From assembly GCF_009914755.1 (NCBI RefSeq), contig NC_060936.1: DNA of 64,000 bases. One strand, written 5' to 3'. A program made the position numbers and the translations under genes. Position 1 is the stretch's first letter; the number at the start of each line of letters is the position of its first letter. The notes under the pieces are model-generated. The model did no database searches and had not been told where the DNA came from. It saw only the letters and a program-made list of their open reading frames with translations. Positions 18,401-32,307 of the stretch are shown piece by piece. The stretch comes from the human T2T-CHM13v2.0 reference genome, Homo sapiens.

Positions 18401-19395
18401 TCAAACCCACCCACTTTCCATCCAGCCTTTCTGTCATCATCTCCTCCTCACAGCCCACATGTCCCCTGAGCCCAGCATACCTACCACATCATGCAGGCCC
18501 CACCTGTGGATAGTAATAATACAATGTCACTTTTTTAAAACATGAAAAAAAAAGTAGGTGAAGGACATAAACACAAATTTCTCAAAATCAGATATTTATG
18601 TGGCCATCAATCATATGAAAAAGTGTTCAACATCACTGATCATTAGAGAAATGCAAATCAAAACCACACTAACCCAATCGGAATGGCTATTATTAAAAAG
18701 TCAAAAAATGACAGATGCTGGTGAGGTTGTGGAGAAAAGGGGATGCTTATACACTGCTGGTGGGAATGTAAACTAGTTCAAACACTGTGGAAAGCAGTTT
18801 GGAAATTTCTCAAAGAACTTAAAACTGAACTACCATTTGACCCAGCAACCCCATTACTAGGTATATACCCAAAGGAATATAAATTAGCCTACCATAAAGA
18901 CACATGCACATGTATGTTCACTGCAGCACTACTCACAATAGCAAAGACATGGAATCAACCTAAATGCCATCAATAGTGGAACGGATAAAGAAAATGTGGT
19001 GGTACATATACCCCATGAATATTATGCAGCCATTATAAAGAACAAGATAATGTCCTTTGCAGCAACATGAAAGGAGTTAGAGGCCAGTATGCTAAGTGAA
19101 TTAATGCAGGAACGGAAAACTAAATACTCTGTGTTCTCACTTATAAGCGAAGCTAAACACTGAGTACACATGGACACAAAGAAGGGAACAACAGACACTG
19201 GGGCCTACTTGAGGGTGAAGGGTATGAGGAGGGTATGAGGAGGGTGAGGACTGAATAACTGCCTATTGAGTACTATGCTTATTACCTGGCTGCCAAAATA
19301 CTCCACACACCAAACCCCCACTGCATGCAATTTACCTATTCAGCAAACCCACACATGTATCCCATGAACGTAAAATAGAAGTTGGAAGAAGAAAA
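15445..19395 (+). mobile_element. 5'-truncated older L1PA (L1PA13-16-like), interrupted by the S100A11 retrocopy
   Basis: Degraded ORF2 and 3'UTR (caacagacactggggcctacttgagggtg...); inserted in an older L1M whose tcagca...agaa sequence recurs on both sides. Confidence 0.88.
18016..18553 (+). pseudogene. S100A11P4: S100A11 processed pseudogene (number recalled as P4, unverified)
   Basis: Intronless; ATG at 18066, MAKISGPTETARCIESLIAVFQKYAGKDG...; in-frame TAG at 18282-18284, a one-codon deletion, original stop at 18378-18380, 3'UTR and A-tail at 18545-18553; interrupts an L1 with a diverged TSD (AAAAAATGGGT / AAAAAAGTAGGT). Confidence 0.93.
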
Positions 19396-21800
19396 AGTGT
19401 CAGCAGAAAAATAGAACACATAAAGAAAAGTCAAAATTTTCAGAACTCAAAAATAAAATAATCAAAATAAAAAACCTTAAATAATGGATGGCGCAAGAGG
19501 AGAATGGCAGAGATAGAAGAAAATAACCAGTAAACTGGAAGACAGAACAATAGAAATTACTCAATCTGAGCAAAAGAGAAAAAACAGATGCTAACAGAAT
19601 AAACAAACAAAACAGCCCTAGGGACCTGTGGAACTTTAACAAAGGATCCTACATTCATGTCATTGGAGTCTTGGAAGGAGACGGGAAAGAGGCAGGGCTG
19701 AAAAAGAATTCAAGGAAATAATTACTGAGGCTGGTCCCGGTGGTTCATGCCTGTAATCCCAGCAGTTTGGGTGGCCAGGCAGGCAGATTGCTTGAGCCCA
19801 GGAGTTTGAGACCAGCCTGAGCAACATAGTGAAACCCCATGTCTACAAAAAATTCAAAAAAATTAGCCAGGTATGGTGGTTGCCCATCTCAGGAGGCTGA
19901 GGTGGGCAGATCCCTTGATTCCAGGAGTCAGAGGTTGCAGTGAGCTGAGATTTCACCACTGCACTCCAGCCTGGGCGACAGAGTGAGATCCTGTCTCAAA
20001 ATAAATAAATACATACATAAATAAATAAAAAAGAAAGAAAAAGAAATAATGACTGGACTTCCCATATATGGCAAAAGATATAAACCTAAATATTCAAGAA
20101 GCTGAGCAAATCTCAAACAGAAAAAATCTAAACAAATCCACACTAAAACACAACATACTTTAGAAAACGTTTGAACTTTGAACATTATACTTTGATACAC
20201 TTTTGAAGATGAAATTTAAAAAAATACTGAAACCAACAAGAGAGAAACAAACCCTTACCTAAAGGAGAAAAAGAATTCAACTAACAGTGGATTTCTCATT
20301 AGAAACTATGGAGGGCCAGAACAAAATGGCACAACACTTGCCGAATGCTGAAAGAAAGGAACTATCGACCCAGAATCCTATGTCCAGCAAAAATATCCTT
20401 CAGTAATGAAAAGAAACTGCATTCTCTGAGTTAAGAAAAACTAAAAAAAAATAAAAATAAATAAACAAATTTTAAAAAATGCAGCCAGCAGAACTTTTAG
20501 AACAGACATCTATTCTAAAAGTGTAGCTAAAGAAAATCCCCTAAACTGAAATGAAATGATAAAAGAAGGAATGTTGGAACATCAAAGAGGAAGAAATAAA
20601 AAAACATGGATAAAATAAAACAGGCTTTCACTTTCTTCCTGAGTTTATAAAATATGTGTAAAACGAGTTTAAAATAAGTTTGATGATTAAAACATACAGT
20701 AAAATGACAGCAGCAACAGATTGTAATAAATTGTGTTAATACAATCACTAGAACCACTAAAAAAAGCTTTGTAAAGTGATATATTGAAAAAATAGATAAA
20801 TCAAAATATAACTCTAAACAATGTTCAAATAAAATGTTCTGCCACAAGAAGGTTAAAATAAAAGCAAACAGAAATTGAAAACCAAGAATAGAAACCACAA
20901 AATAAAATCGCAGACTTAAACTCTAACATATTAATAACTATATTAAATGTAAGTGGCCAATTGGTAAACATAACAATTAAGAGATATATTGACAAATTGG
21001 ATTTAAAAATATTATCCAACCGTTTACAAGGAACTCGCTTCAAATATAATAATAAAGTCAGGCTGAAAGTGAAAGGATGGAAAATGATGAATTTATCATA
21101 CACACAGTAATGAAAAGAAAGCAGAAGTGACGATGCCATTATCAGAAAAAAGCACACTTCAGAGCAAGCAAAATTATCAGAGAAGGAAGAAAAAGTCATC
21201 GTTAAATTATTTTTTAAAAAATTCAACAAGAAGACCCTGCAATCCTAAATGCATATGTGCCAAACATAGAGCTACAAAATATGTGAAGAAAAACAGATAG
21301 ATGTCAACGGAGAAATGAACAAATACATAATTTTACTAGGAGACTTCAGAATCCCTCTGTCAAAAAACTAGAATTAGTATTTTCAACTAATTCTTTTAGT
21401 TGATAGAAGAAATAGACAGAAATTCCCCCAAAATTGAGACAAACTCAACAACACTATGCAAAAGACCCTGCTTAAGAGAATGAAAAGGCAAGCTACAGAC
21501 TGGGAAAATATGTTTGCAAGCCATATATATGAAAAATAATTAGCATCTATAATATATAAGGAACATCCTAAGATCCAAAATTCATAAAACAAACAATTCA
21601 AATAGAAATGGAGCAAAATACATAAAGACACGTTGCACATACAGATGGCAAATAAGCACAAAAAGATGTACACTGTCATTAGCCAATAGGGAAATGCAAA
21701 TTAAAGCCATAATGATATATCACTACATATGTGTAAGAATGAGTAAAATAAAAAATAGTGACAATACCAAATGCAGGTGAGGATACAGATAAACCAAATT
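19396..21800 (+). mobile_element. Ancient L1M (ORF1/ORF2 remnants); also about 15160-15445
   Basis: Degenerate ORF1 phrases (acagtggatttctcattagaaactatggag, cccagaatcctatgtccagcaaaaatatccttc). Confidence 0.7.
19729..20040 (+). mobile_element. AluJ
   Basis: gcttgagcccaggagtttgagacc is diagnostic; diverged TSD aaggaaataattactg / aagaaataatgactg. Confidence 0.88.
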
Positions 21801-22989
21801 TTGGTTGTGCTTACGTTGTATCCATTGACTACTGAGTATGTAGCACAAGGAAATTTGCATAGTTTCATTCATTCAACAAATATGATATTGAATCAACTCC
21901 ATATTCCAGGAAGTAGGCACCTGGGATACAGCTAGGAAATACATAATGGGCATGGGAAAACAGTAGAAAACAAGGTCATTTGCTGAGAGTGAAAGGGGGA
22001 CAGGAGGTTTGGGATAACTGGAGAGAGAAGATATGAAACAGGCATCAAGGGGTTAGCAAAAGTAAGGCTCAAGGACCATATCAGGATCTGTGGCCTATTT
22101 TTGTACCAGTAATGTGAAAAGGATATTGTTTACCTTTCCCCCAGCAGTTTAAGATAAGAGAGTGTAAGACTTATAGGGGAGATAAGGAAGGGTCGGGGGG
22201 TGGGTTTCACGCCTTTCTCTAAGTGGCTCCTGTTCTCCCAGGCTTTACCATGGAGGATGCTTTCTGAGCACTCTTGCTAATCTTTTGTCAGCACCTTATG
22301 AGGTCTGTGTTAAAATGTCTGTAAGCAATTGCAAATACCCTTGCTAACCCATACTAGGCATTTACTGACTGACTGGTGAACAATTTGAGTTTAATTCTTT
22401 ACCATTGTGTCTAGTGGCATGACCCATGTAATTAAATGCTTGTTTCTGTTCTCCTTGCACATGCTTTATCTTTTTAATTTATTTTGGGTTATTTGATTGC
22501 CCTGTGACCTCAGCTTCCTGACCGCTTCAGGAAAAGTTGTAAATTTGAAGACTGTCTGGCTTTTGTTGTTGTTGCTGCTGACATTGCTGGAAGGCCACAA
22601 GCAATGTTCTTTTTGGCTTTCTACATCCAAGGGAAAGCTGACCCAACATGATTAAATCCAACTCTCCATTTTCTCCGTGTTTATACTTGGGAATCTGATT
22701 ATAGCTGGAGGAACACAATTCTGTTGGCTGGTTTTGTTCTCAATTCAAGACCGTCAACCTCAAATGAAGCCCTTGGTGCTGCCCAAGAAACTCACATTAT
22801 ATCCCTAGTCTATTCATTCTGTTAGATAAGAGGTCAGAAAACTTCTCCTATAAAGAGCCAGGCGATAAGTATTTTAGGCTTTGTGAGATAGTCTCTGTCT
22901 CATACTCTTTAATGCGTTTACATTTACCCCTAGGTTTGCATATGCATGTTTGGTTTGTTTATCTATTCATTCATGCATTTGTTTGATAT

Positions 22990-24570
22990 TTATCCTTTTT
23001 GATGTTCTCTGAGTTTCTTGGATCTGTGGTTTGGTATCTGTCACTAATTTTGGAAAATTCTCAGTCATTTATTTTTCAAATGTTTATTCTTCCTCATCCT
23101 TTCCTCTCCCACTGGGATTCTAATTATGCATATATTAGAATATTTGATATGGTGTCACAGCTCTTAGATGTTCTATCATTTCCTTCCTCCACTTTTTTTT
23201 CTCTTTGCATTCCTACTGACCTATCTTCAAACTCATTGATTATTTCTTCTGCTGTGCTGTCTGCTGATGAGCTCATGTAAGGCATTTTTTACTTCTTTTT
23301 TTTATATCTAGCATTTCCCTTTGATTCTTATAGTGTCCAACTCTGCTAAAATTATCTATCTGATCTTGCATATCATCTGTCTTTTCCATTTGGGTCTTTA
23401 AAATATTAATCATAGTTACTTAAATCTCCTGTCCAGTTGTTCCAATATCTGTATCTTCTTTGGGTCTGCCTGATGACTGCTCTGTCTCTTCGGACTGTGC
23501 TTTTTCTTACCTTTAGGTATGCCTCATAATTTTTGCTGAAAGTTAGACATGTTGTATAAGACAGTAGACATAGAGGTCAGTATTTTTATGCTTGAAATTA
23601 AGAACATCTTTCTTACCGTTAGGTCTTTATTGTAGGGATTTGTGTTAATCTAGTTAGGGTGGGCTGGATTTGAAGTTTGTAATTGCTATAGTTACCAAAG
23701 CTGGAGTTTGTTGCCGCTATGGACACTAGTGATTTCAAATTCCTCTAGTGGTACCTTGTTTTGAACTTGGTTTTGGGTTTTCCTTTGTGCTGCTCCCTAG
23801 AAAGAAAATGCCTTGCAAAACTCACTCAGTCACATTCCACTGTGATTTTTACCAAAGGCTTGTTAATGTAATGGGGGAAGAGTGACAGGTTTTCTGATAT
23901 TCCAATTAAGCCTCAGTCTTAGACAGGTACTGTGAATTTGGGATTTGGGGGCTGCACCCTTCATAAGTGTTCCTTCCTCAAGGAATATGACTGTTTTTTA
24001 ACATTTAGGTTTTTTTTTTCCTGCCTGTTCTCTTTCACCAGCTTCACTGGATACCCACCAATGTCCTCAGACAATGGGTTTGATACCGTTCTCCCTGCAG
24101 ATCATGGCTTTCTTTTCCTTAGGAGAGATTTCACAACATGGGTGTGAGCAGAGTCTGAGCAATGATTGCTTTTCCTGTCCCCTAGCCAGCACCATAGGGA
24201 AAACTTTCTCTAAATACTTCCCCAATCTTCCCTGACAGAGCCTGCTCACCTTCACATTTCATACCAGCTCACACTAAGCCTGTAGCAGTTCATTAAAAAA
24301 TTTCTGGTTTAACCTTTGTACCAGCTTATATGGCATTCAAAAGCATCTATCTCAGTCAAGCAGTTCCTATTGCAGAATGCTCAGTTCTTTGTGCTTTCTG
24401 CAGGCACCTGTCCTTCTTGAAATTTTGAGTTGGTTGTCCTCTGACTTCAGTTTTCTGAAGGGTTCAAGAAAAGGTGTTATATTGCAGTTTGTCCGGCTAT
24501 TTTCCTTGTTGTAGGAATGAGAGTGCCATCATTCCAGCTCTCTTCGCCACCAAATTGACACCTGAAGCCT
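22990..24570 (-). mobile_element. Ancient L1M 5'/ORF1 remnant
   Basis: T-rich degenerate antisense L1M ORF1 phrases (gagtttcttggatctgtggtttgg, ctatcttcaaactcattgatt). Confidence 0.6.
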
Positions 24571-24631
24571 CCAGAAGCTAAATATATAAAGAATTAAGAG
24601 TTCTTTATATATTAGGTGTATTAGCCCTTTA

Positions 24632-24965
<334 letters not shown>

Positions 24966-25259
24966 ACAAATATCTTCTCCCAGTTTGTCAACTGTCTTTT
25001 GATTTTATTTCTTTTCTTTTTTAAACTCTGCCCAGTTTTGCCTTTTCCATAGAAACCCCAATAAAAGTGATGGCCTAGGCTTTACCCTCAATACTGCTTC
25101 CACCTGACCAAACTATCTCTCTCCTGTGGCTCTGTGTGATGTGACTTGTCCTCTTCTCCAAGGAAGTATTACTCATAAATTGTTCTTTCAGCGGCACTGA
25201 TCTATCTGTGTCATCACTCAGTCAACCGCATAAATTAAGACCTAGGCACAGATCAACTC

Positions 25260-27150
25260 TGTTTCTATTTCTATAAAATTCTAGAAAATGCAAACTAAAC
25301 CATAATGACAAAAAGAATATTAGTGGTTTCCTAGGGATGGGATGTGGGTGAAGAGAAATGAAGGAAGGAGGGATTACCAAGGAGCACAGGGAAACTTCAG
25401 GATGAGGGATATGCTCATTGTCTTGACTGGTGATGGTTTTGCAGGTGGGCCAAAACTAATCAAACTTTACACTTCATCTATATGACCAGCTATCATATGT
25501 CAATTATACCTCAATAAAGCTGTTTAAAAACATTTAGGGTATATCTACTGGAAAGTAAAACTGCTTTTAATTACAGACTGTATCATCATGTGCATAGAAA
25601 AATCCAAAGGATTCTACAAAAAAGCTACTAGAACCACTGACTTCATCGAGGTCAAAGTTAATATTCAAAATCAACTATATTTCTACACCAAAGCAACAAA
25701 AAATGGAAAAATAAAAATTTTAAAATAATACCATTTATAATAAAAGAGTACTGGGGAAGACTGTACATTGAAAAAATACAAAACATTGCTGAGACAAACT
25801 AAAAATAATCAACAAAATGGAGATCTATACCATGATCGTGGATTGGAAAATTCAATATTGTTAAGATGTCAATTCTTCCCAGATACATGTACAAATCCAA
25901 CATATTCCCAACCAAAATCACAGCAGGTTTTTTTTTTTTGAGAAATTAATAAGCTGACCCTAACATTAGATAGAAATGCAATTTTAAAAAGGAAAAAGGT
26001 AGAGAACTATCTACTTTCAAGATTTATTCTAAAGTGACAGTAATCAAGACAGTGTGGTATTGGCATAATTATAGATCAAGAGAATAATAGAGTCCAGAAA
26101 CAGATTCACATATAATGTGGTCAATCAATTTTCAACGATTGTACCGAGATAATTAATTCAATGGGGGAAAAGACAGTTACCACAATGGAGCATTTTTTGG
26201 CATTCCAAAAATGTTTTGTAACTCAATTGTGGTGATGGATATATAGCTTCATACATTTGTCAAAACTCAGAGAATGGTACACTCAAAATTGGCACATTTT
26301 ATTACATGTAAGTCATACCTCAAAAAAGCTGATTTGGTGACAAAGATTTATATATGTTGTTGACAGAAGAACAAATCCAAATGCTTATTAAACATGGAAA
26401 TATATTTATCCCCATAAATAAGGGAAGTACAAATTAAAACAAAAAAGCATATCACAGCCATCGTAAGAGTAAAAATCACAGGGTCTGACAATTCAAAATC
26501 TAATAAGGATATGAGAAAATTCTAGACAGCAGTGTGAACTGCTACATTTGCTTCAGACAGCAATTTAGCAATATCTGGTAAAGCTGAAAAAGCTCACACT
26601 CTATAACAACAATTCCACTTCTAGGTATATATCCTAGACAAAATATTGCACATATACAGAAGGAAACCATACAAAAGTGTACCTTTTAGATTACATTGCT
26701 TGTAATCAAAAAATTGGAAATAATATATTAAGATGGGGAAATACATAAACTTTACAATTCATAAAACGGTTAAAATTAAAGAAATATATATATACAGAAA
26801 GTTCAAAAATACAATTTTGAAGAAAAAATCCTACAGTGACACATTCAGTATGAGATCATTTATGTGGACTTAAAGCATATAATAAAACAATCTCTGAAAA
26901 CAGAGATTGGATGGATACACACATCAAATTTTAATAAAGGTATAAGTTGGACTAGAAGCAGAACAAAGGTGATTTTAACTGTATTTATAATATTTTAATT
27001 ATTTTAAAATAGCTGATGCAAAAATGACAAAGATTAGCATTTATTTATTTTAGATGGTTGATCACACATATTTGAATATTATTTTCTAAGTCTGTAGTTT
27101 TAAGCATTTCAAAATCTAAAGAATAATAATTTTTAAAAGCTATAAAAATA
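25260..27150 (+). mobile_element. L1MC/L1ME 3' fragments
   Basis: tcaattatacctcaataaagctg 3' end; degenerate ORF2 (caatattgttaagatgtcaattcttccc) and caattccacttctaggtatata. Confidence 0.65.
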
Positions 27151-27794
27151 TGAATAAAGGACTAGAAAGCAGTAAGTTTTCATTAATATGCTGGATTCTG
27201 AGACAATTTTAAACTCAACAGTAGTATTTACCATGGTGTCAAATTTAGCATTTATCTTGAGTTCACAAACTGAGTTCACTAATTTTGTCTCCGTTTTTCA
27301 AATTTCTAGCATTTATAGACTACTATAACAACCATACTCTTTTAGGCTAAGTGTTGGAAAATAGTAATAGATTTCTGGCTGTGTGACTAAATAAATCTTA
27401 CTTTACTAACTTAACTCCAAGATCACTATTCAAGCTCATCACTCTTACTGTCCCTTCACGTGGTCATCATGCTCACCCACGAGGTGTCCAAAGCCAAAAG
27501 CCCATCCCTATTTAGAACTTTTTGGCTCCCATGACTCTCTTTTCCATTTGGCTTGTCTATTACCCTGGCCATTATTTACACACTAAGGTTCATTCTTCGA
27601 GTTCATGAGAGAACAGTTTCTGGGGTCTTTAAATTTTAAGAGAGGAACTTATGATATTCTACTCAACTATAAGGATACACACAATTAATAAACCTGAAAC
27701 GTCCCCTCCCTTTCTTAACAAGATTGTGCTTACTATTTTTATCTGACAAAGAGGATCACTCTACAAATATTATTTGTCTCAAATTATGACTCAC

Positions 27795-27932
27795 CTCTGG
27801 ATAAAGATGGAAGCGTTTTATTGCATTAATTATAAGAGGATATTCAGTAAGCCTGTCATTCATAATCATCCACAGTCCTTCCAAAAACGAAGGTGCTTCA
27901 ATAATGGTCTTGAAGTATGAATAATAAAGTCC
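27795..27932 (-). CDS. DPY19L2: DPY19L2 exon 4 (138 nt)
   Basis: aaaag|GGA...GAG|gtgagt; encodes [46 protein letters not shown]. Confidence 0.96.
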
Positions 27933-29339
27933 CTTTTTTTAAAAAAAGACATATATTGTCAATGTAATTAAAACTTTAAAATATTTATTTTTATCACTTC
28001 TTTAGAACTTTTTTTCTGAAAAAAAAAAAAAGGTTAATAATAAGACTTCCTAATCACTTCTCGCTATTTTGCATTCTTGGTTTTTAAAGAACACGTATTT
28101 TCAGGTGATCACTGTAATATTCTTTCAAATTTTCTATAGGCTTTCAAACTAAAGAGATGGAGGGATGGTCAAACAATTTAAAGAGTTTCTCTAATAATGT
28201 CTTAAAATGTATAGACAGTATATGTTTGATTTTCCCAAATCTGGTTTTATCCCCCACATTTGAGATGCTTGAAGGTTGACATCTGATTAATTCTATCATA
28301 AACAGGGATGCTTTCATGCCTCTGTACAACTTTGCATATAGAAAATTACTTTTTTTCCCATGCTCTTAGGAAATAAAATATAATGACCATAAGCATCATG
28401 AGCAAGGAATCCAGTGCTTCTAGCTTAATTCATAGCTCCATCTAATCCTCTGTGCAAAGTGAAAGCTCAGTGTCAATTGACTATTGTTGCTCACAAACGC
28501 TATGTACTAAAAAGCAGATTATTTTAGTGTCTTACACTTCAGCATATAAAATAAAGGCTTCATTAGGATAGTAAAAGTGCTGTTGAGTTAAAATTCATGG
28601 ATTAACAACAGCATATTGTGTCTAGTTTCCCCAACTAGAAGAAATTCCCCAACACAATTTCTTGCTTTCACTCCTAAAATCTAAAAGCAAAAAAGGGCCA
28701 CATTGTTTAAAATGCATTCTCCCTAAAAAATGCTATATGCTATAATCATATCTGCCTCATCCAACACGAGTAAGTACTAAATTACAGGTCTGTTTTAGCT
28801 GATGTCTGAAAGGCCATTACCTCATAGTTGATTGGCAAAATATGAATTCATAAAGAATTTTCCTTTCTGCTTAGGAGGATAACAAAGCAATACAACAATT
28901 AAAGGATATCTAATATGCAAAAGACTATATTTAGGGAAATATTAAATATATAAAAAGTTACTAATAACAGCTATTATTTTGTGTTAAGTATTCTGCTATG
29001 TGTTGCCATTCATTATCTCCCTTCATTTTCCCTAAACCCCTCTAAGGTTGGCATTATTTCTATTGAGCAGACGAGATTACTGAGAATCTGAGAGGTGACC
29101 TGACTAGCCATCATTCAATAAAGCGCAGAACTGCTATTAGAATCCAGCGATCTGTCACCAAAGTCCAGACTCTGCCACAGTTACACTCTTTATTTAATAA
29201 TATTTTATATTCTGTCTTTGGAAATATCTTTAAAAAGTTCAAATGTCATACATATGTTAATGTATCCAATGCTTTGAAACTTTATAGGGGCAATATAGGG
29301 ATGAAAATTAAAAAGCAGTGACTGAGGGGCCTGGCATAG

Positions 29340-29550
29340 GCAAAATCACAGAGACAGAAAATAGAGCTGGGTGTGATTAGTGTTTAGTGGGTAGAGTTTC
29401 TGTTTGGGATAGCAAAAAGTTCTGGATGTGGACAGTGGTAATAGTTGCAAGACAATACAAATGTACTTAATGTCACTGAATCGTACACTTAAATGATAAA
29501 CATTGAAATTTTTTATTACAAATTTAAATCTAAATTTTACCATAATTTAA
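29340..29550 (+). mobile_element. L1MB 3' end
   Basis: ggtagagtttctgtttgggat...aatgtacttaatgtcactgaa...ttttaccataatt. Confidence 0.75.
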
Positions 29551-30206
29551 ACAAAAAGCAATGGCTAGACTGAGGAGAGCCAGTTTCAATGCTTCACTAG
29601 GCCCCCGACCAGCTGTGAGCAGATCTGGAAGATGGACGGTTGTGGTGTCTTCTAAATGTAAAATTGCGCAATTTTGGCATTTGCTATCCCGCTTACTCCT
29701 CACAATAATTATGTGAGATATGTACAGCACAAAACTCCATTTTAAAGATTAAGTATTGAAAAACAGAAAATTATTTTAAAATTATATAAAAAGTTATCTC
29801 TTAAAAGAGATTATCTTGAAATCAAAAGAAAGCCAAATAATAATCGTCATCATTAAAAGGCCCAGGTAAAACATGGAATCTAACTGTAGCCAAAGAGAAG
29901 GCAATTTCTGATAACATCTCATTTCATTCCCTTTTATCACTTCTTCAGTGCTTTCTTTGTCCTCTTTCCTCAGCTATTATAATTCATCTTTATTATCTTA
30001 AAAAGAAGTCTGCATTAGGAAAGGGTGAGAGATAATGAAGTAACAGAAAAATAATCTCAAACACTTTACTATTTAAATAATAAACCTGGGTTATAGCTTA
30101 TGAAACAGTGCAGTTGACCAGTTCATTTCAATTCCTAATACATTTCTACCTCATAGTCTCGCTATTCTTAAACCACAAATTAATTCATTAGAAGAAGAAA
30201 CCTAAC

Positions 30207-30294
30207 CATTTCAGTGCGAAAAGTCATCTCCCGTTCCAAAGATGAGAGGTGAGAGAAATGACGATCATTTTCAAAAAGTGTTACTAAATGTAAC
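30207..30294 (-). CDS. DPY19L2: DPY19L2 exon 3 (88 nt)
   Basis: ttctag|G...ATG|gttagg; encodes [29 protein letters not shown], a conserved DPY19-family segment. Confidence 0.96.
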
Positions 30295-30421
30295 CTAGAA
30301 AAAAATGAAGTATCATATTACAATAAGAACGAGTTTCAAAACTAACAGTAAAATAAGCAATAAGAAAGCCATAAAAAAGAAAACAATAAATTGTTATATT
30401 AATTTTATAATTTGCTTACTA

Positions 30422-30893
<472 letters not shown>

Positions 30894-31630
30894 TTAGTGT
30901 TTGTTTTTTAAGTTTCAAGTGATTCTAATGTACTGGCCTTGGGAAATACCTCCATAACTGTTGAAAAGGGTTCAGAATATAATTTTAAGTGAAATTACTT
31001 TAGATCAAAGCAGACTTACAATAAGTATAATATCACATAAAGGATAAACTTTCAAGTACAAAGAATACAGGTGTGTACTTGAAGACCTTTTAGTAGTGAA
31101 ACTCAACAGCTGTCGGCAGTGAAGAAAGGAGCATATGTGATAAACAAAATTAGCTATGGTCAACAATTATGCTATAGCTAAGTTATGTAGTCAGACTTTC
31201 CAGTGAAGTTGAAAATAAAGCAAAGTTCCATATATTAACCCTGTTTTCCACTAACCCTTCTTTACATGTAGGCCATATGCCAGGGTACCAAAAACTGCAG
31301 GAATATTCTCTACCATTGCAGCCTCAGTTCTAACATCAAAATCTCCCTGCAGACTAAACGTCTACAGCAGCACTGTGTCAATAGAACACAGGGGCAGATC
31401 TCATACATCCCAAGGGTAGAAATCACTGAGCACAGGTAAAAATAAAATATTCCAGAAGGAAATATTATTTTACAAATTTTTATAAACACTTTTGTAAAAT
31501 AATGTACACAGGCTTGCACACTGAAAGACTCAGAGCCATTTAACTCTGTACACCCACTGCAGAATCTTTATCTTCTTTTTTACCTGATTTCCAATTGGCA
31601 GGTGTTACTAAAACTTTATCACCAAAGTTA

Positions 31631-31958
<328 letters not shown>

Positions 31959-32282
31959 TTACCATAAAATAAAGGAAGGTTTTAAATGAACTACACATAC
32001 AAAATACACTAGAAAAGCTAGATATTTAAAGAAACGTGTGGTGAATTATTTGGTAAAGCAAAAATATTTTAATTCATAAGTGACTATTCCCCTAACGCAT
32101 CTATTTTGTAAATGCTGTTTCACATATGAGGTTTGTAAAAAAGCAAAATACATGTATAAATTGGTGCACATAAAGATGTTCTACAAATATAGCCAGAAGT
32201 TATTGTTTTACTGTATGCAAAGAGTGATGGCAATTTTTAATTCAAATGTTTTTAAATATTTCAAACTGAAACTAAATCTTAC

Positions 32283-32307
32283 CAATGTAAAATTGCCACA
32301 AAGACAG
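32283..32307 (-). CDS. DPY19L2: DPY19L2 exon 2 (25-nt micro-exon)
   Basis: ttattccag|CTGTCTTTGTGGCAATTTTACATTG|gtaag encodes AVFVAILHW in frame with exons 1 and 3. Confidence 0.95.

Noticed and set aside
25028-25250. Possible LTR fragment (MER21-like)
   Set aside because: The resemblance is too weak to assign by eye
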